NCBI RefSeq assembly: GCF_009914755.1
Contig: NC_060940.1
Length of the DNA stretch: 64,000 bases
Source: the human T2T-CHM13v2.0 reference genome, Homo sapiens
Direction: 5' to 3' (one strand)
In this document: positions 12,171 through 27,200 of the stretch, one piece after another
How positions within the stretch are numbered: position 1 is the stretch's first letter
Layout: the number at the start of each line of letters is the position of its first letter
The notes under the pieces: model-generated
Seen by the model: the letters and a program-made list of their open reading frames with translations, nothing else
Database searches by the model: none
Told to the model about the DNA's origin: nothing
Made by a program: the position numbers and the translations under genes

Positions 12171-15100
12171 GACTCGATTCCATTTGATGATTATTCCATT
12201 GGAGTCCACTTAGTGAATCATTTAGATTCTACTCGAAGATGATTCCATTCGAGTCCATTCGATGATACCATTCAATTCCATTCGTTGATGCTTCCATTCA
12301 AGTGCATTCGATGATATCATTCGATTCCATTTGATGATAATTCCATTTGATTCCATGCGATGATTCTATTCGATTCCATTCAATGATAATTCCATTCAAT
12401 TCAGTGATTCCTCTGGACTCCATTTGATGATGATTCCATTCAATGATTCCATTCGATTCTATTCGAAAATGATTCCATTTGAATCCATTTGATGACGATT
12501 CCATTCCATTCCATTTGATGATTCCATTCTATTCTATTCGATGATGATTCCATTCGATTCCATTCGATGATGATTGGATTCGATTCCATTTGATGATTTC
12601 ATTTGATTCCATTCGTTAATGATTTCGATCAATTCCATTCGATGATTCCATTCGATTCCATTCGATAATGATTACATCCGAGTCCATTCGATGATTCCCT
12701 TTGAGCCTGTTCGATAATTCCATTTGAGTCCAACCAATGATTCCATTCATTTCCATTCAATGATTCCATTCGAGTCCATTTGATCATTCCAGTAGGGTCC
12801 ATTCGATGTTGATTCCATTGGAGTGCATTCGATGATTCCATTCGAGTCCATTTTAGGATTTGATTCGAGTCCTTTCAATGATTCCATTCGATTCCACTCG
12901 ATGATGATTTCATTCGAGTCCATTTGACACTTCCAATCGATTCCATTTGATGATTCCATTCGAGTCCAATTGATGATTCCATTCAATTCCATTCGATGAT
13001 GATTCCGTACGATTCCATTCTGTGATGATTCCATGTGATTGCATTCAATGATGATTCCTTTCGATTGCATTCGATTATGATTCATTTCGTGTTCATTCTA
13101 TGGTTCCACAGGTTTCCATTCGTGTCCATTCCATTATTCCATTCTATTCCATTTGATGATGATTCCATTCGATTCCATTCATTGGTGATTCCACTCAATT
13201 CCATTCAATGATTCCATTCCATTTCTTTCAACAATGATTCCATTAGTTTCTAATCGATGATCCACTTGATTCCATTTGACGACGATTCCATTCTTGTCCA
13301 TTCGATGATTCCATTTGATTCCATATGATGATGATTCCATTCGATTCCATACCATGATGATTCCATTCGAGTCCATTCAATGGTGATTCCATTCAATTCC
13401 ATTCGATGATTCCTTTCGATTCCATTCGATGATGATGGCATTCGATTCCTTTCAATCATTCCCTTTGATTCCATTCAAAGGTGATTTCATTCAAGTCCAT
13501 TCGATAATTGCATTCGATTCCATTCTATGATGATTCCATTCGAGTTCATTTGATGATTCCATTCAATTCAAGTCAATGATGATTCCATTCGATTCCATTC
13601 GATGATTCCATTGGATTCCATTCGATGATGATTCCATTCAAATCCATTCGATAATTCAATTCAAGTCCATTCGATGATGATTCCAATCGAATCCATTCAA
13701 AGATTCCATTCAGTTCCATTCGATGATTCCCTTAGATTCCATTCGATGATTCCACTTGATTCCATTTACGATGATTCCATTCGATTCCATGTGATGATTC
13801 CATTCAATTCTATTCAATGGTGTCTCCATTTGATTCCATTCGATCATGATTGCTTTTGATTCCATTCAATGATTCCATTCGGTTCCGTTTGATGATGATT
13901 CCGTTCGATTCCATTTGATGATTCCATTTGATTCCATTGGATGAGTCCATTCGATTACATTCGATGATTATTCCATTCGAGTGCATTAGATGATTCCATT
14001 CGAGTCCATTCGATGATTCCATTCGATTCCATTCGATGTTGATTCTGTTCAAATCCATTCGATGATTCCACTCGATTCCATTCGATGACTCCATTTGATC
14101 TCATTCGATGATTTCCTTTGATTCCCTTTGATGATCATTCCATTTGATTCAATTCGGTGATTTCATTTGATTCCATTCAGTGATGTTTCCATTCGACTCC
14201 ATTCGATGATGATTCCATTCGACTCCATTCGATTATGATTTCATTCAATTCCATTCGATAATGATTCCCTTCGAGTCCATTCGATGATTCCATTCGATTC
14301 CATTCAATGATGATTTGATTCGTGTCCATTCGATGATTCCATTTGATTCCACTTGATGATGATTCCATTCGAGTCCATTTGATGATTCCATTCAATTCCA
14401 TACTCCGATGATTTCTTTTGAGCCCATTCAATGCTTCCACTCGATTCCATATGATGACTCCATTCGATGAAATTCGATGATGATTCCATTCGCTTGCTTT
14501 CGATGATGATTCCACTTGAGTCCGTTAGAAGATTCTATTCAATTACATTCCATGACGATTCCGTTCGAGTCCATTTGATGATTCCATTAGACTCCATTCG
14601 ACGATGATTCCATTTGATGTTATTCGATGATTCCATTCGATCTCATTTGATGATGATTCCATTCAACTCCATTCGATGTTTCCATTCGAGTTCATTCTAT
14701 TATTCCATTACATTCCATTCGATGATGATTCCATTCGATTCCATTTGATGATTGCATTCTATTTCATTTGATGATGATTCCATTCGAGTCCACTCGATGA
14801 TTCCATTCGAGTCCATTTAATGAATCCATTGGTTTCAATTCTATGATGATTACATTGGATTCCATTCGTTGATGATTTCATTCGGTTCCATTCAATGATG
14901 ATTCTATTCAATTCCTTTCAATGTTTCCATTCAATTCCATACGATGATGATTCCATTTGATTTGATTCGACAGTGAGCCATTCGATTCAATACCATGATG
15001 ATTCTATTTTATTCAATTGGTTGACATTTCCATTCGATTCCATTCGATAATGATTCCCTTTGATTCCATTCAAAGATGATTCCATTCTAGCCCATTCAAT

Positions 15101-18100
15101 CATTCCATTCGATTCTATTCAATGATGATTCCATTCATGTCGATTTGGTGATTCCATTTGACTTCATTTGATGGTGATTCCTTTCAAGTTCATTAGATGA
15201 TTCCATTCGATTCCATTTGATGATGATCCCATTCGAGTCCATTCAGTGATTCCATTCGTTTCCATTCCATGATGATTCCATTCCATTCCATGCAATGATT
15301 CCATTCGATTCCGTTTGATGATGATTTCATTCGAGTCCATTTGATGATTCCATTTGATTCCATTCGATGATGATTCCATTCGAGTCCATTCGATGATTCT
15401 ATTCGAATCCATTTGATGATTTCTTTTGATTATAGTTGGTGATGATTCCATTGGAGTCCATTCAATGATTCCATTCGATTCCAATCGATGGTGATTCCAT
15501 TAGAGTCCATTTAATGATTCCATTTGATTCCAGTCTCTGATGATTACATTCGAGTCCATACGATGATTCCACTCAATTCCATATGAGGATGATTCCATTC
15601 GATTCCATTCGATGATTCCATTCTATTCTATTCAATGGTGATTCCATTCGAGTACATTAGATGATTCCATTCGATTCCATTCAATGATGATTCTATTTGT
15701 GTCCCTTAGATGATTCCACATGATTCCATTAGATGATGATACTATTTGAGCCCATCCAATGATTCCCTTCGATTCCATTCGATGAGGATTCCATTCGATT
15801 CAATTCATTGGTGATTCTATTCAATTCAATTCTTTGATTCCATTCCATTCCATTCGACAATGATTCCATTCGATTTCTTTCGATGATTCCACTCGATTCC
15901 ACTTGACATTGATTCCATTCGATTCCATTCAATGATTCCATTTGATTCCAGTGGATGATGATTGCCATCGATTCCATTCGATCACTCCATTCTATTCCAT
16001 TTGATGATGATTACATTCGATTCCATTTGATGATTCCATCTGATTCTATTCGAGGATTCCATTTGATTCCATTCGCTGATGATTCCATTCGAGTCCATTC
16101 GATGATTTCATTCGAGTACATCCAATGATTCCATTCGAGTCCATTTGATGATTCCATTTGATTCCATTTGATTATGATTCTACTAGAGTCCATTCAATGA
16201 CTCCATTCGAGTCCATTCAACAATTCCATTCGACTCCATTCGATGATTCCATTCGATTCCATTTGATGGTTCCATTCGAGTCCATTTAATCATTACAGTC
16301 GAGTCCATTTGGTGATTCCGCTGGATTTCCTTTGATAATGACACCATTCAATTACATTTGATGATGATCCCATTCAATTTCATTTGATGATGACTCCATT
16401 AGAGTCCATTCGATGATTTTATTCGAGTCCCTTCATTGATTCCATCCGATTTCATTGGATGATGACTCCATTCGAGTCCATTCGATGATTCCACTCGATT
16501 CCATTAGATGATTCCATTGGAGTCCATTTGATTGTCCCATTTGATTCCATTCGATTCCTTTCGAAGATTATTCCATTTGAGTCCATTCGATGATGATTCC
16601 ATTCCATTCCATTCGATGATTCCGTTTGATTCCATTCGATGATTCCCTTCGATTCCTATCTTTGATGATTCCATTCCATTCCATTCAATGATTCCATTCG
16701 AATCTATTCCATGATGATTCCTTTCGATTCCATTCGCTGATGTTTCCGTTCAATTCCATTCGATGATGATTCCATTCGATTCCATTCATTGAGGATTCCA
16801 TTTGATTCCATTCAATGATGATTCCATTCTATTCCATTCAAAGATTGCATTCAATTCCATTCAATGGTTATCCCATTAGAGTAAACTCAACGATTCCATT
16901 CAATACCATTCGATGATGATTCCTTTTGAGTCCATTCAATGATTTCATTCAAGTCCATTTGATGATTCCTTTCAATTCCATTCTATGATGATTCCATTCG
17001 AGTCCATTCGATGATTCCATTCGATTGCATTCGATGATTCCATTATATTCCATTCAATGATGATTCCATTCCAGTCCATTCGATGATTCCATTAGAGTAC
17101 ATTTAATGATTGCTTTGTTTTCAATTCAAAGATGATTACATTCGATTCCATTCTATGATACCATTCGATTCCATTCAATGATGACTCCACTCAAATCCAT
17201 TGGATGATTCCATTCGTGTCCATTCGGTGATTTCATTAGATTCCATTCGAGGATGACTCCATTCGATTCCATTCGATGATTCCATTCAATTCCATTCGAT
17301 GATGATTCCATTCGAGTCCATATGATCATTCCATTTGATTTCATTCGATGATGATTCCATTCGATTCGATTCGACGATTCCATTCTATTCCATTCGATGA
17401 TGATTCCATTCGAGTCCATTCGATCATTCCATTCGAGTCCATTTAATGATTCCATTGGGTTCAATTCAATGATGATTACATTGGATTCCGTTCTATGATT
17501 CCATTCAATTCCGTTCATTGACAATTTGATTCCATTCGATGATGATTCCATTTGAGTTCATTCGATGATTCTATTCGATTCTCTTCGATGGTGATTCAAT
17601 TCTATTATATTGGATGATTCCATTCGATTCCATTTGATGTTGATTCAATTCGATTCTATTCGATGATGATTCCATTGGATTTCACTTGATGATTCTATTC
17701 GATTCCATTCAATGATGATTCACTTCTCGTCCATTGGATGATTCCATTTCATTCCATTCGATGATGATTCCATTCGATTCCATTCGATGATTCCATTTGA
17801 TTCCATTCGACGGTGAGCAATTCGATTCAATTCCATGATGATTCTATTTGATTCAATTAGATGATGTTTCCATTCGAATCCATTCCATGATTATTCCATT
17901 GGAATCCATTCGGCGATGATTCCATATGAGTCAATTCAATGATGATTCCATATGGGTCCGTTCGGTGATAATTCCATTTGATTTCATTCGATGCTTCTAT
18001 TCAATTCCAGTCGATGATGATTCCGTTGGAGTCCATACGATGATTCCATTTGATTTCATTTCATGATGATTCCATTCGATGACAATTACATTGGATTCCA

Positions 18101-18230
18101 TTCTATGATTCCATTCAATTCCATTCGTTGATGATTCGATTCCATTCAATGATGATTCCATTTGAGTTCATTCGATGATTCTATTCGATTACATTCTATG
18201 GTGATTCAATTCTCTTACATTGGATGATTC
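12171..18230 (+). repeat. Higher-order unit copy 2 (6060 bp)
   Basis: Marker at 12171 and 18231. ORFs repeat at +6060 (9669/15729, 11093/17153). Confidence 0.93.
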
Positions 18231-21200
18231 GACTCGATTCCATTTGATGATTATTCCATTGGAGTCCACTTAGTGAATCATTTAGATTCTACTCGAAGAT
18301 GATTCCATTCGAGTCCATTCGATGATACCATTCAATTCCATTCGTTGATGCTTCCATTCAAGTGCATTCGATGATATCATTCGATTCCATTTGATGATAA
18401 TTCCATTTGATTCCATGCGATGATTCTATTCGATTCCATTCAATGATAATTCCATTCAATTCAGTGATTCCTCTGGACTCCATTTGATGATGATTCCATT
18501 CAATGATTCCATTCGATTCTATTCGAAAATGATTCCATTTGAATCCATTTGATGACGATTCCATTCCATTCCATTTGATGATTCCATTCTATTCTATTCG
18601 ATGATGATTCCATTCGATTCCATTCGATGATGATTGGATTCGATTCCATTTGATGATTTCATTTGATTCCTTTCGTTAATGATTTCGATCAATTCCATTC
18701 GATGATTCCATTCGATTCCATTCGATAATGATTACATCCGAGTCCATTCGATGATTCCCTTTGAGCCTGTTCGATAATTCCATTTGAGTCCAACCAATGA
18801 TTCCATTCATTTCCATTCAATGATTCCATTCGAGTCCATTTGATCATTCCGGTAGGGTCCATTCGATGTTGATTCCATTGGAGTGCATTCGATGATTCCA
18901 TTCGAGTCCATTTTAGGATTTGATTCGAGTCCTTTCGATGATTCCATTCGATTCCACTCGATGATGATTTCATTCGAGTCCATTCGACACTTCCAATCGA
19001 TTCCATTTGATGATTCCATTCGAGTCCAATTGATGATTCCATTCAATTCCATTCGATGATGATTCCGTACGATTCCATTCTGTGATGATTCCATGTGATT
19101 GCATTCAATGATGATTCCTTTCGATTGCATTCGATTATGATTCATTTCGTGTTCATTCTATGGTTCCACAGGTTTCCATTCGTGTCCATTCCATTATTCC
19201 ATTCTATTCCATTTCATGATGATTCCATTCGATTCCATTCATTGGTGATTCCACTCAATTCCATTCAATGATTCCATTCCATTTCTTTCAACAATGATTC
19301 CATTAGTTTCTAATCGATGATTCACTTGATTCCATTTGACGACGATTCCATTCTTGTCCATTCGATGATTCCATTTGATTCCATATGATGATGATTCCAT
19401 TCGATTCCATACGATGATGATTCCATTCGAGTCCATTCAATGGTGATTCCACTCAATTCCATTCGATGTTTCCTTTCGATTCCATTCGATGATGATGGCA
19501 TTCGATTCCTTTCAATCATTCCCTTTGATTCCATTCAAAGGTGATTTCATTCAAGTCCATTCGATAATTGCATTCGATTCCATTCTATGATGATTCCATT
19601 CGAGTCCATTTGATGATTCCATTCAATTCAAGTCAATGATGATTCCATTCGATTCCATTCGATGATTCCATTGGATTCCATTCGATGATGATTCCATTCA
19701 AATCCATTCGATAATTCAATTCAAGTCCATTCGATGATGATTCCAATCGAATCCATTCAAAGATTCCATTCAGTTCCATTCGATGATTCCCTTAGATTCC
19801 ATTCGATGATTCCACTTGATTCCATTTACGATGATTCCATTCGATTCCATGTGATGATTCCATTCAATTCTATTCAATGGTGTCTCCATTTGATTCCATT
19901 CGACCATGATTGCTTTTGATTCCATTCAATGATTCCATTCGGTTCCGTTTGATGATGATTCCGTTCGATTCCATTTGATGATTCCATTTGATTCCATTGG
20001 ATGAGTCCATTCAATTACATTCGATGATTATTCCATTCGAGTGCATTAGATGATTCCATTCGAGTCCATTCGATGATTCCATTCGATTCCATTCGATGTT
20101 GATTCTGTTCAAATCCATTCGATGATTCCACTCGATTCCATTCGATGACTCCATTTGATCCCATTCGATGATTTTCTTTGATTCCCTTTGATGATCATTC
20201 CATTTGATTCAATTCGGTGATTTCATTTGATTCCATTCAGTGATGTTTCCATTCGACTCCATTCGATGATGATTCCATTCGACTCCATTCGATTATGATT
20301 TCATTCAATTCCATTCGATAATGATTCCCTTCGAGTCCATTCGATGATTCCATTCGATTCCATTCAACGATGATTTGATTCGTGTCCATTCGATGATTCC
20401 ATTTGATTCCACTTGATGATGATTCCATTCGAGTCCATTTGATGATTCCATTCAATTCCATACTCCGATGATTTCTTTTGAGCCCACTCAATGCTTCCAC
20501 TCGATTCCATATGATGATGACTCCATTCGATGAAATTCGATGATGATTCCATTCGCTTGCTTTCGATGATGATTCCACTTGAGTCCGTTAGAAGATTCTA
20601 TTCAATTATATTCCATGACGATTCCGTTCGAGTCCATTTGATGATTCCATTAGACTCCATTCGACGATGATTCCATTCGATGTTATTCGATGATTCCATT
20701 CGATCTCATTCGATGATGATTCCATTCAACTCCATTCGATGTTTCCATTCGAGTTCATTCTATTATTCCATTAGATTCCATTCGATGATGATTCCATTCG
20801 ATTCCATTTGATGATTGCATTCTATTTCATTTGATGATGATTCCATTCGAGTCCACTCGATGATTCCATTCGAGTCCATTTAATGAATCCATTGGTTTCA
20901 ATTCTATGATGATTACATTGGATTCCATTCGTTGATGATTTCATTCGGTTCCATTCAATGATGATTCCATTCAATTCCTTTCAATGTTTCCATTCAATTC
21001 CATACGATGATGATTCCATTTGATTTGATTCGACAGTGAGCCATTCAATTCAATTCCATGATGATTCTATTTGATTCAATTGGTTGACATTTCCATTCGA
21101 TTCCATTCGATGATGATTCCCTTTGATTCCATTCAAAGATGATTCCATTCTAGCCCATTCAATCATTCCATTCGATTCTATTCAATGATGATTCCATTCA

Positions 21201-24200
21201 TGTCGATTTGGTGATTCCATTTGACTTCATTTGATGATGATTCCTTTCAAGTTCATTAGATGATTCCATTCGATTCCATTTGATGATGATCCCATTCGAG
21301 TCCATTCAGTGATTCCATTCGTTTCCATTCCATGATGATTCCATTCCATTCCATTCAATGATTCCATTCGATTCCGTTTGATGATGATTTCATTCGAGTC
21401 CATTTGATGATTCCATTTGATTCCATTCGATGATGATTCCATTCGAGTCCATTCGATGATTCTATTCGAATCCATTTGATGATTTCTTTTGATTATAGTT
21501 GGTGATGATTCCATTGGAGTCCATTCAATGATTCCATTCGATTCCAATCGATGATGATTCCATTAGAGTCCATTTAATGTTTCCATTTGATTCCAGTCTC
21601 TGATGATTACATTCGAGTCCATACGATGATTCCACTCAATTCCATATGATGATGATTCCATTCGATTCCATTCGGTGATTCCATTCTATTCTATTCAATG
21701 GTGATTCCATTCGAGTACATTAGATGATTCCATTCGATTCCATTCAATGATGATTCTATTTGTGTCCCTTAGATGATTCCACATGATTCCATTAGATGAT
21801 GATACTATTTGAGCCCATCCAATGATTCCCTTCGATTCCATTCGATGAGGATTCCATTCGATTCAATTCATTGGTGATTCTATTCAATTCAATTCTTTGA
21901 TTCCATTCCATTCCATTCGACAATGATTCCATTCGATTTCTTTCGATGATTCCACTCGATTCCACTTGACATTGATTCCATTCGATTCCATTCAATGATT
22001 CCATTTGATTCCAGTGGATGATGATTGCCATCGATTCCATTCGATCACTCCATTCTATTCCATTTGATGATGATTACATTCGATTCCATTTGATGATTCC
22101 ATCTGATTCTATTCGAGGATTCCATTTGATTCCATTCGCTGATGATTCCATTCGAGTCCATTCGATGATTTCATTCGAGTACATCCAATGATTCCATTTG
22201 AGTCCATTTGATGATTCCATTTGGTTCCATTTGATTATGATTCTACTAGAGTCCATTCAGTGACTCCATTCGAGTCCATTCAACAATTCCATTCGACTCC
22301 ATTCGATGATTCCATTCGATTCCATTTGATGATTCCATTCGAGTCCATTTAATCATTACAGTCGAGTCCATTTGGTGATTCCGCTGGATTTCCTTTGATA
22401 ATGATACCATTCAATTACATTTGATGATGATCCCATTCAATTTCATTTGATGATGATTCCATTAGTGTCCATTCGATGATTTTATTCGAGTCCCTTCATT
22501 GATTCCATCCGATTTCATTGGATGATGACTCCATTCGAGTCCATTCGATGATTCCACTCGATTCCATTAGATGATTCCATTGGAGTCCATTTGATTGTTC
22601 CATTCGATTCCATTCGATTCCTTTCGAAGATTATTCCATTTGAGTCCATTCGATGATGATTCCATTCCATTCCATTCGATGATTCCGTTTGATTCCATTC
22701 GATGATTCCCTTCGATTCCTTTCTTTGATGATTCCATTCCATTCCATTCAATGATTCCATTCGAATCTATTCCATGATGATTCCTTTCGATTCCATTCGC
22801 TGATGTTTCCGTTCAATTCCATTCGATGATGATTCCATTCGATTCCATTCATTGAGGATTCCATTTGATTCCATTCAATGATGATTCCATTCTATTCCAT
22901 TCAATGATTGCATTCAATTCCATTCGATGATTATCCCATTAGAGTAAACTCAACGATTCCATTCAATACCATTCGATGATGATTCCTTTTGAGTCCATTC
23001 AATGATTTCATTCAAGTCCATTTGATGATTCCTTTCAATTCCATTCTATGATGATTCCTTTCGAGTCCATTCGATGATTCCATTCGATTGCATTCGATGA
23101 TTCCATTATATTCCATTCAACGATGATTCCATTCGAGTCCATTCGATGATTCCATTAGAGTACATTTAATGATTGCTTTGTTTTCAATTCGAAGATGATT
23201 ACATTCGATTCCATTCTATGATACCATTCGATTCCATTGAATGATGACTCCACTCAAATCCATTGGATGATTCCATTCGTGTCCATTCGGTGATTTCATT
23301 AGATTCCATTCGAGGATGATTCCATTCGATTCCATTCGATGATTGCATTCAATTCCATTCGATGATGATTCCATTCCAGTCCATATGATCATTCCATTTG
23401 ATTTCATTCGATGATGATTCCATTCGATTCGATTCGACGATTCCATTCTATTCCATTCGATGATGATCCCATTCGAGTCCATTCGATCATTCCATTCGAG
23501 TCCATTTAATGATTCCATTGGGTTCAATTCAATGATGATTACATTGGATTCCGTTCTATGATTCCATTCAATTCCGTTCATTGACAATTTGATTCCATTC
23601 GATCATGATTCCATTTGAGTTCATTCGATGATTCTATTCGATTTTCTTCGATGGTGATTCAATTCTATTATATTGGATGATTCCATTCGATTCCATTTGA
23701 TGTTGATTCAATTCGATTCTATTCGATGATGATTCCATTGGATTTCACTTGATGATTCTATTCGATTCCATTCAATGATGATTCACTTCTCGTCCATTGG
23801 ATGATTCCATTTCATTCCATTCGATGATGATTCCATTCGATTCCATTCGATGATTCCATTTGATTCCATGCGACGGTGAGCAATTCGATTCAATTCCATG
23901 ATGATTCTATTTGATTCAATTAGATGATGTTTCCATTCGAATCCATTCCATGATTATTCCATTGGAATCCATTCGGCGATGATTCCATATCAGTCAATTC
24001 AATGATGATTCCATATGGGTCCGTTCGATGATAATTCCATTTGATTTCATTCGATGCTTCTATTCAATTCCAGTCGATGATGATTCCGTTGGAGTCCATA
24101 CGATGATTCCATTTGATTTCATTTCATGATGATTCCATTCGATGACGATTACATTGGATTCCATTCTATGATTCCATTCTATTCCATTCGTTGATGATTC

Positions 24201-24293
24201 GATTCCATTCAATGATGATTCCATTTGAGTTCATTCGATGATTCTATTCGATTCCATTCTATGGTGATTCAATTCTCTTATATTGGATGATTC
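18231..24293 (+). repeat. Higher-order unit copy 3 (6063 bp)
   Basis: Marker at 18231 and 24294. Extra GAT at ~20515 (ATATGATGATGACTCC). Confidence 0.93.
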
Positions 24294-27200
24294 GACTCGA
24301 TTCCATTTGATGATTATTCCATTGGAGTCCACTTAGTGAATCCTTTAGATTCTACTCGAAGATGATTCCATTCGAGTCCATTCGATGATACCATTCAATT
24401 CCATTCGTTGATGCTTCCATTCAAGTGCATTCGATGATATCATTCGATTCCATTTGATGATAATTCCATTTGATTCCATGCGATGATTCTATTCGATTCC
24501 ATTCAATGATAATTCCATTCAATTCAGTGATTCCTCTGGACTCCATTTGATGATGATTCCATTCAATGATTCCATTCGATTCTATTCGAAAATGATTCCA
24601 TTTGAATCCATTTGATGACGATTCCATTCCATTCCATTTGATGATTCCATTCTATTCTATTCGATGATGATTCCATTCGATTCCATTCGATGATGATTGG
24701 ATTCGATTCCATTTGATGATTTCATTTGATTCCATTCGTTAATGATTTCGATCAATTCCATTCGATGATTCCATTCGATTCCATTCGATAATGATTACAT
24801 CCGAGTCCATTCGATGATTCCACTTGAGCCTGTTCGATAATTCCATTTGAGTCCAACCAATGATTCCATTCATTTCCATTCAATGATTCCATTCGAGTCC
24901 ATTTGATCATTCTGGTAGGTTCCATTCGATATTGATTCCATTGGAGTGCATTCGATGATTCCATTCGAGCCCATTTTAGGATTTGATTCGAGTCCTTTCG
25001 ATGATTCCATTCGATTCCACTCGATGATGATTTCATTCGAGTCCATTCGACACTTCCAATCGATTCCATTTGATGATTCCATTCGAGTCCAATTGATGAT
25101 TCCATTCAATTCCATTCGATGATGATTCCATACGATTCCATTCTGTGATGATTCCATGTGATTGCATTCAATGATGATTCCTTTCGATTGCATTCGATTA
25201 TGATTCATTTCGTGTTCATTCTATGGTTCCACAGGTTTCCATTCGTGTCCATTCCATTATTCCATTCTATTCCATTTGATGATGATTCCATTCGATTCCA
25301 TTCATTGGTGATTCCACTCAATTCCATTCAATGATTCCATTCCATTTCTTTCAACAATGATTCCATTAGTTTCTAATCGATGATCCACTTGATTCCATTT
25401 GACGACGATTCCATTCTTGTCCATTCGATGATTCCATTTGATCCCATATGATGATGATTCCATTCGATTCCATACGATGATGATTCCATTCGAGTCCATT
25501 CAATGGTGATTCCATTCAATTCCATTCGATGATTCCTTTTGATTCCATTCGATGATGATGGCATTCGATTCCTTTCAATCATTCCCTTTGATTCCATTCA
25601 AAGGTGATTTCATTCAAGTCCATTCGATAATTGCATTCGATTCCATTCTATGATGATTCCATTCGAGTCCATTTGATGATTCCATTCAATTCAAGTCAAT
25701 GATGATTCCATTCGATTCCATTCGATGATTCCATTGGATTCCATTCGATGATGATTCCATTCAAATCCATTCGATAATTCAATTCAAGTCCATTCGATGA
25801 TGATTCCAATCGAATCCATTCAAAGATTCCATTCAGTTCCATTCGATGATTCCCTTAGATTCCATTCGATGATTCCACTTGATTCCATTTACGATGATTC
25901 CATTCGATTCCATGTGATGATTCCATTCAATTCTATTCAATGATGTTTCCATTTGATTCCATTCAATGATTCCATTCGGTTCCGTTTGATGATGATTCCG
26001 TTTGATTCCATTTGATGATTCCATTTGATTCCATTGGATGAGTTCATTCGATTACATTCGATGATTATTCCATTCGAGTGCATTAGATGATTCCATTCGA
26101 GTCCATTCGATGATTCCATTCGATTCCATTCGATGTTGATTCTGTTCAAATCCATTCGATGATTCCACTCGATTCCATTCGATGACTCCATTTGATCTCA
26201 TTCGATGATTTCCTTTGATTCCCTTTGATGATCATTCCATTTGATTCAATTCGGTGATTTCATTTGATTCCATTCAGTGATGTTTCCATTCGACTCCATT
26301 CGATGATGATTCCATTCGACTCCATTCGATTATGGTTTCATTCAATTCCATTCGATAATGATTCCCTTCGAGTCCATTCGATGAGTCCATTCGATTCCAT
26401 TCAATGATGATTTGATTCGTGTCCATTCGATGATTCCATTTGATTCCACTTGATGATGATTCCATTCGAGTCCATTTGATGATTCCATTCAATTCCATAC
26501 TCCGATGATTTCTTTTGAGCCCACTCAATGCTTCCACTCGATTCCATATGATGATGACTCCATTCGATGAAATTCGATGATGATTCCATTCGCTTGCTTT
26601 CGATGATGATTCCACTTGAGTCCGTTAGAAGATTCTATTCAATTACATTCCATGACGATTCCGTTCGAGTCCATTTGATGATTCCATTAGACTCCATTCG
26701 ACGATGATTCCATTCGATGTTATTCGATGATTCCATTCGATCTCATTCGATGATGATTCCATTCAACTCCATTCGATGTTTCCATTCGAGTTCATTCTGT
26801 TATTCCATTACATTCCATTCGATGATGATTCCATTCGATTCCATTTGATGATTGCATTATATTTCATTTGATGATGATTCCATTCGAGTCCACTCGATGA
26901 TTCCATTCGAGTCCATTTAATGAATCCATTGGTTTCAATTCTATGATGATTACATTGGATTCCATTCGTTGATGATTTCATTCGGTTCCATTCAATGATG
27001 ATTCCATTCAATTCCTTTCAATGTTTCCATTCAATTCCATACGATGATGATTCCATTTGATTTGATTCGACAGTGAGCCATTCGATTCAATTCCATGATG
27101 ATTCTATTTTATTCAATTGGTTGACATTTCCATTCGTTTCCATTCGATGATGATTCCCTTTGATTCCATTCAAAGATGATTCCATTCTAGCCCATTCAAT

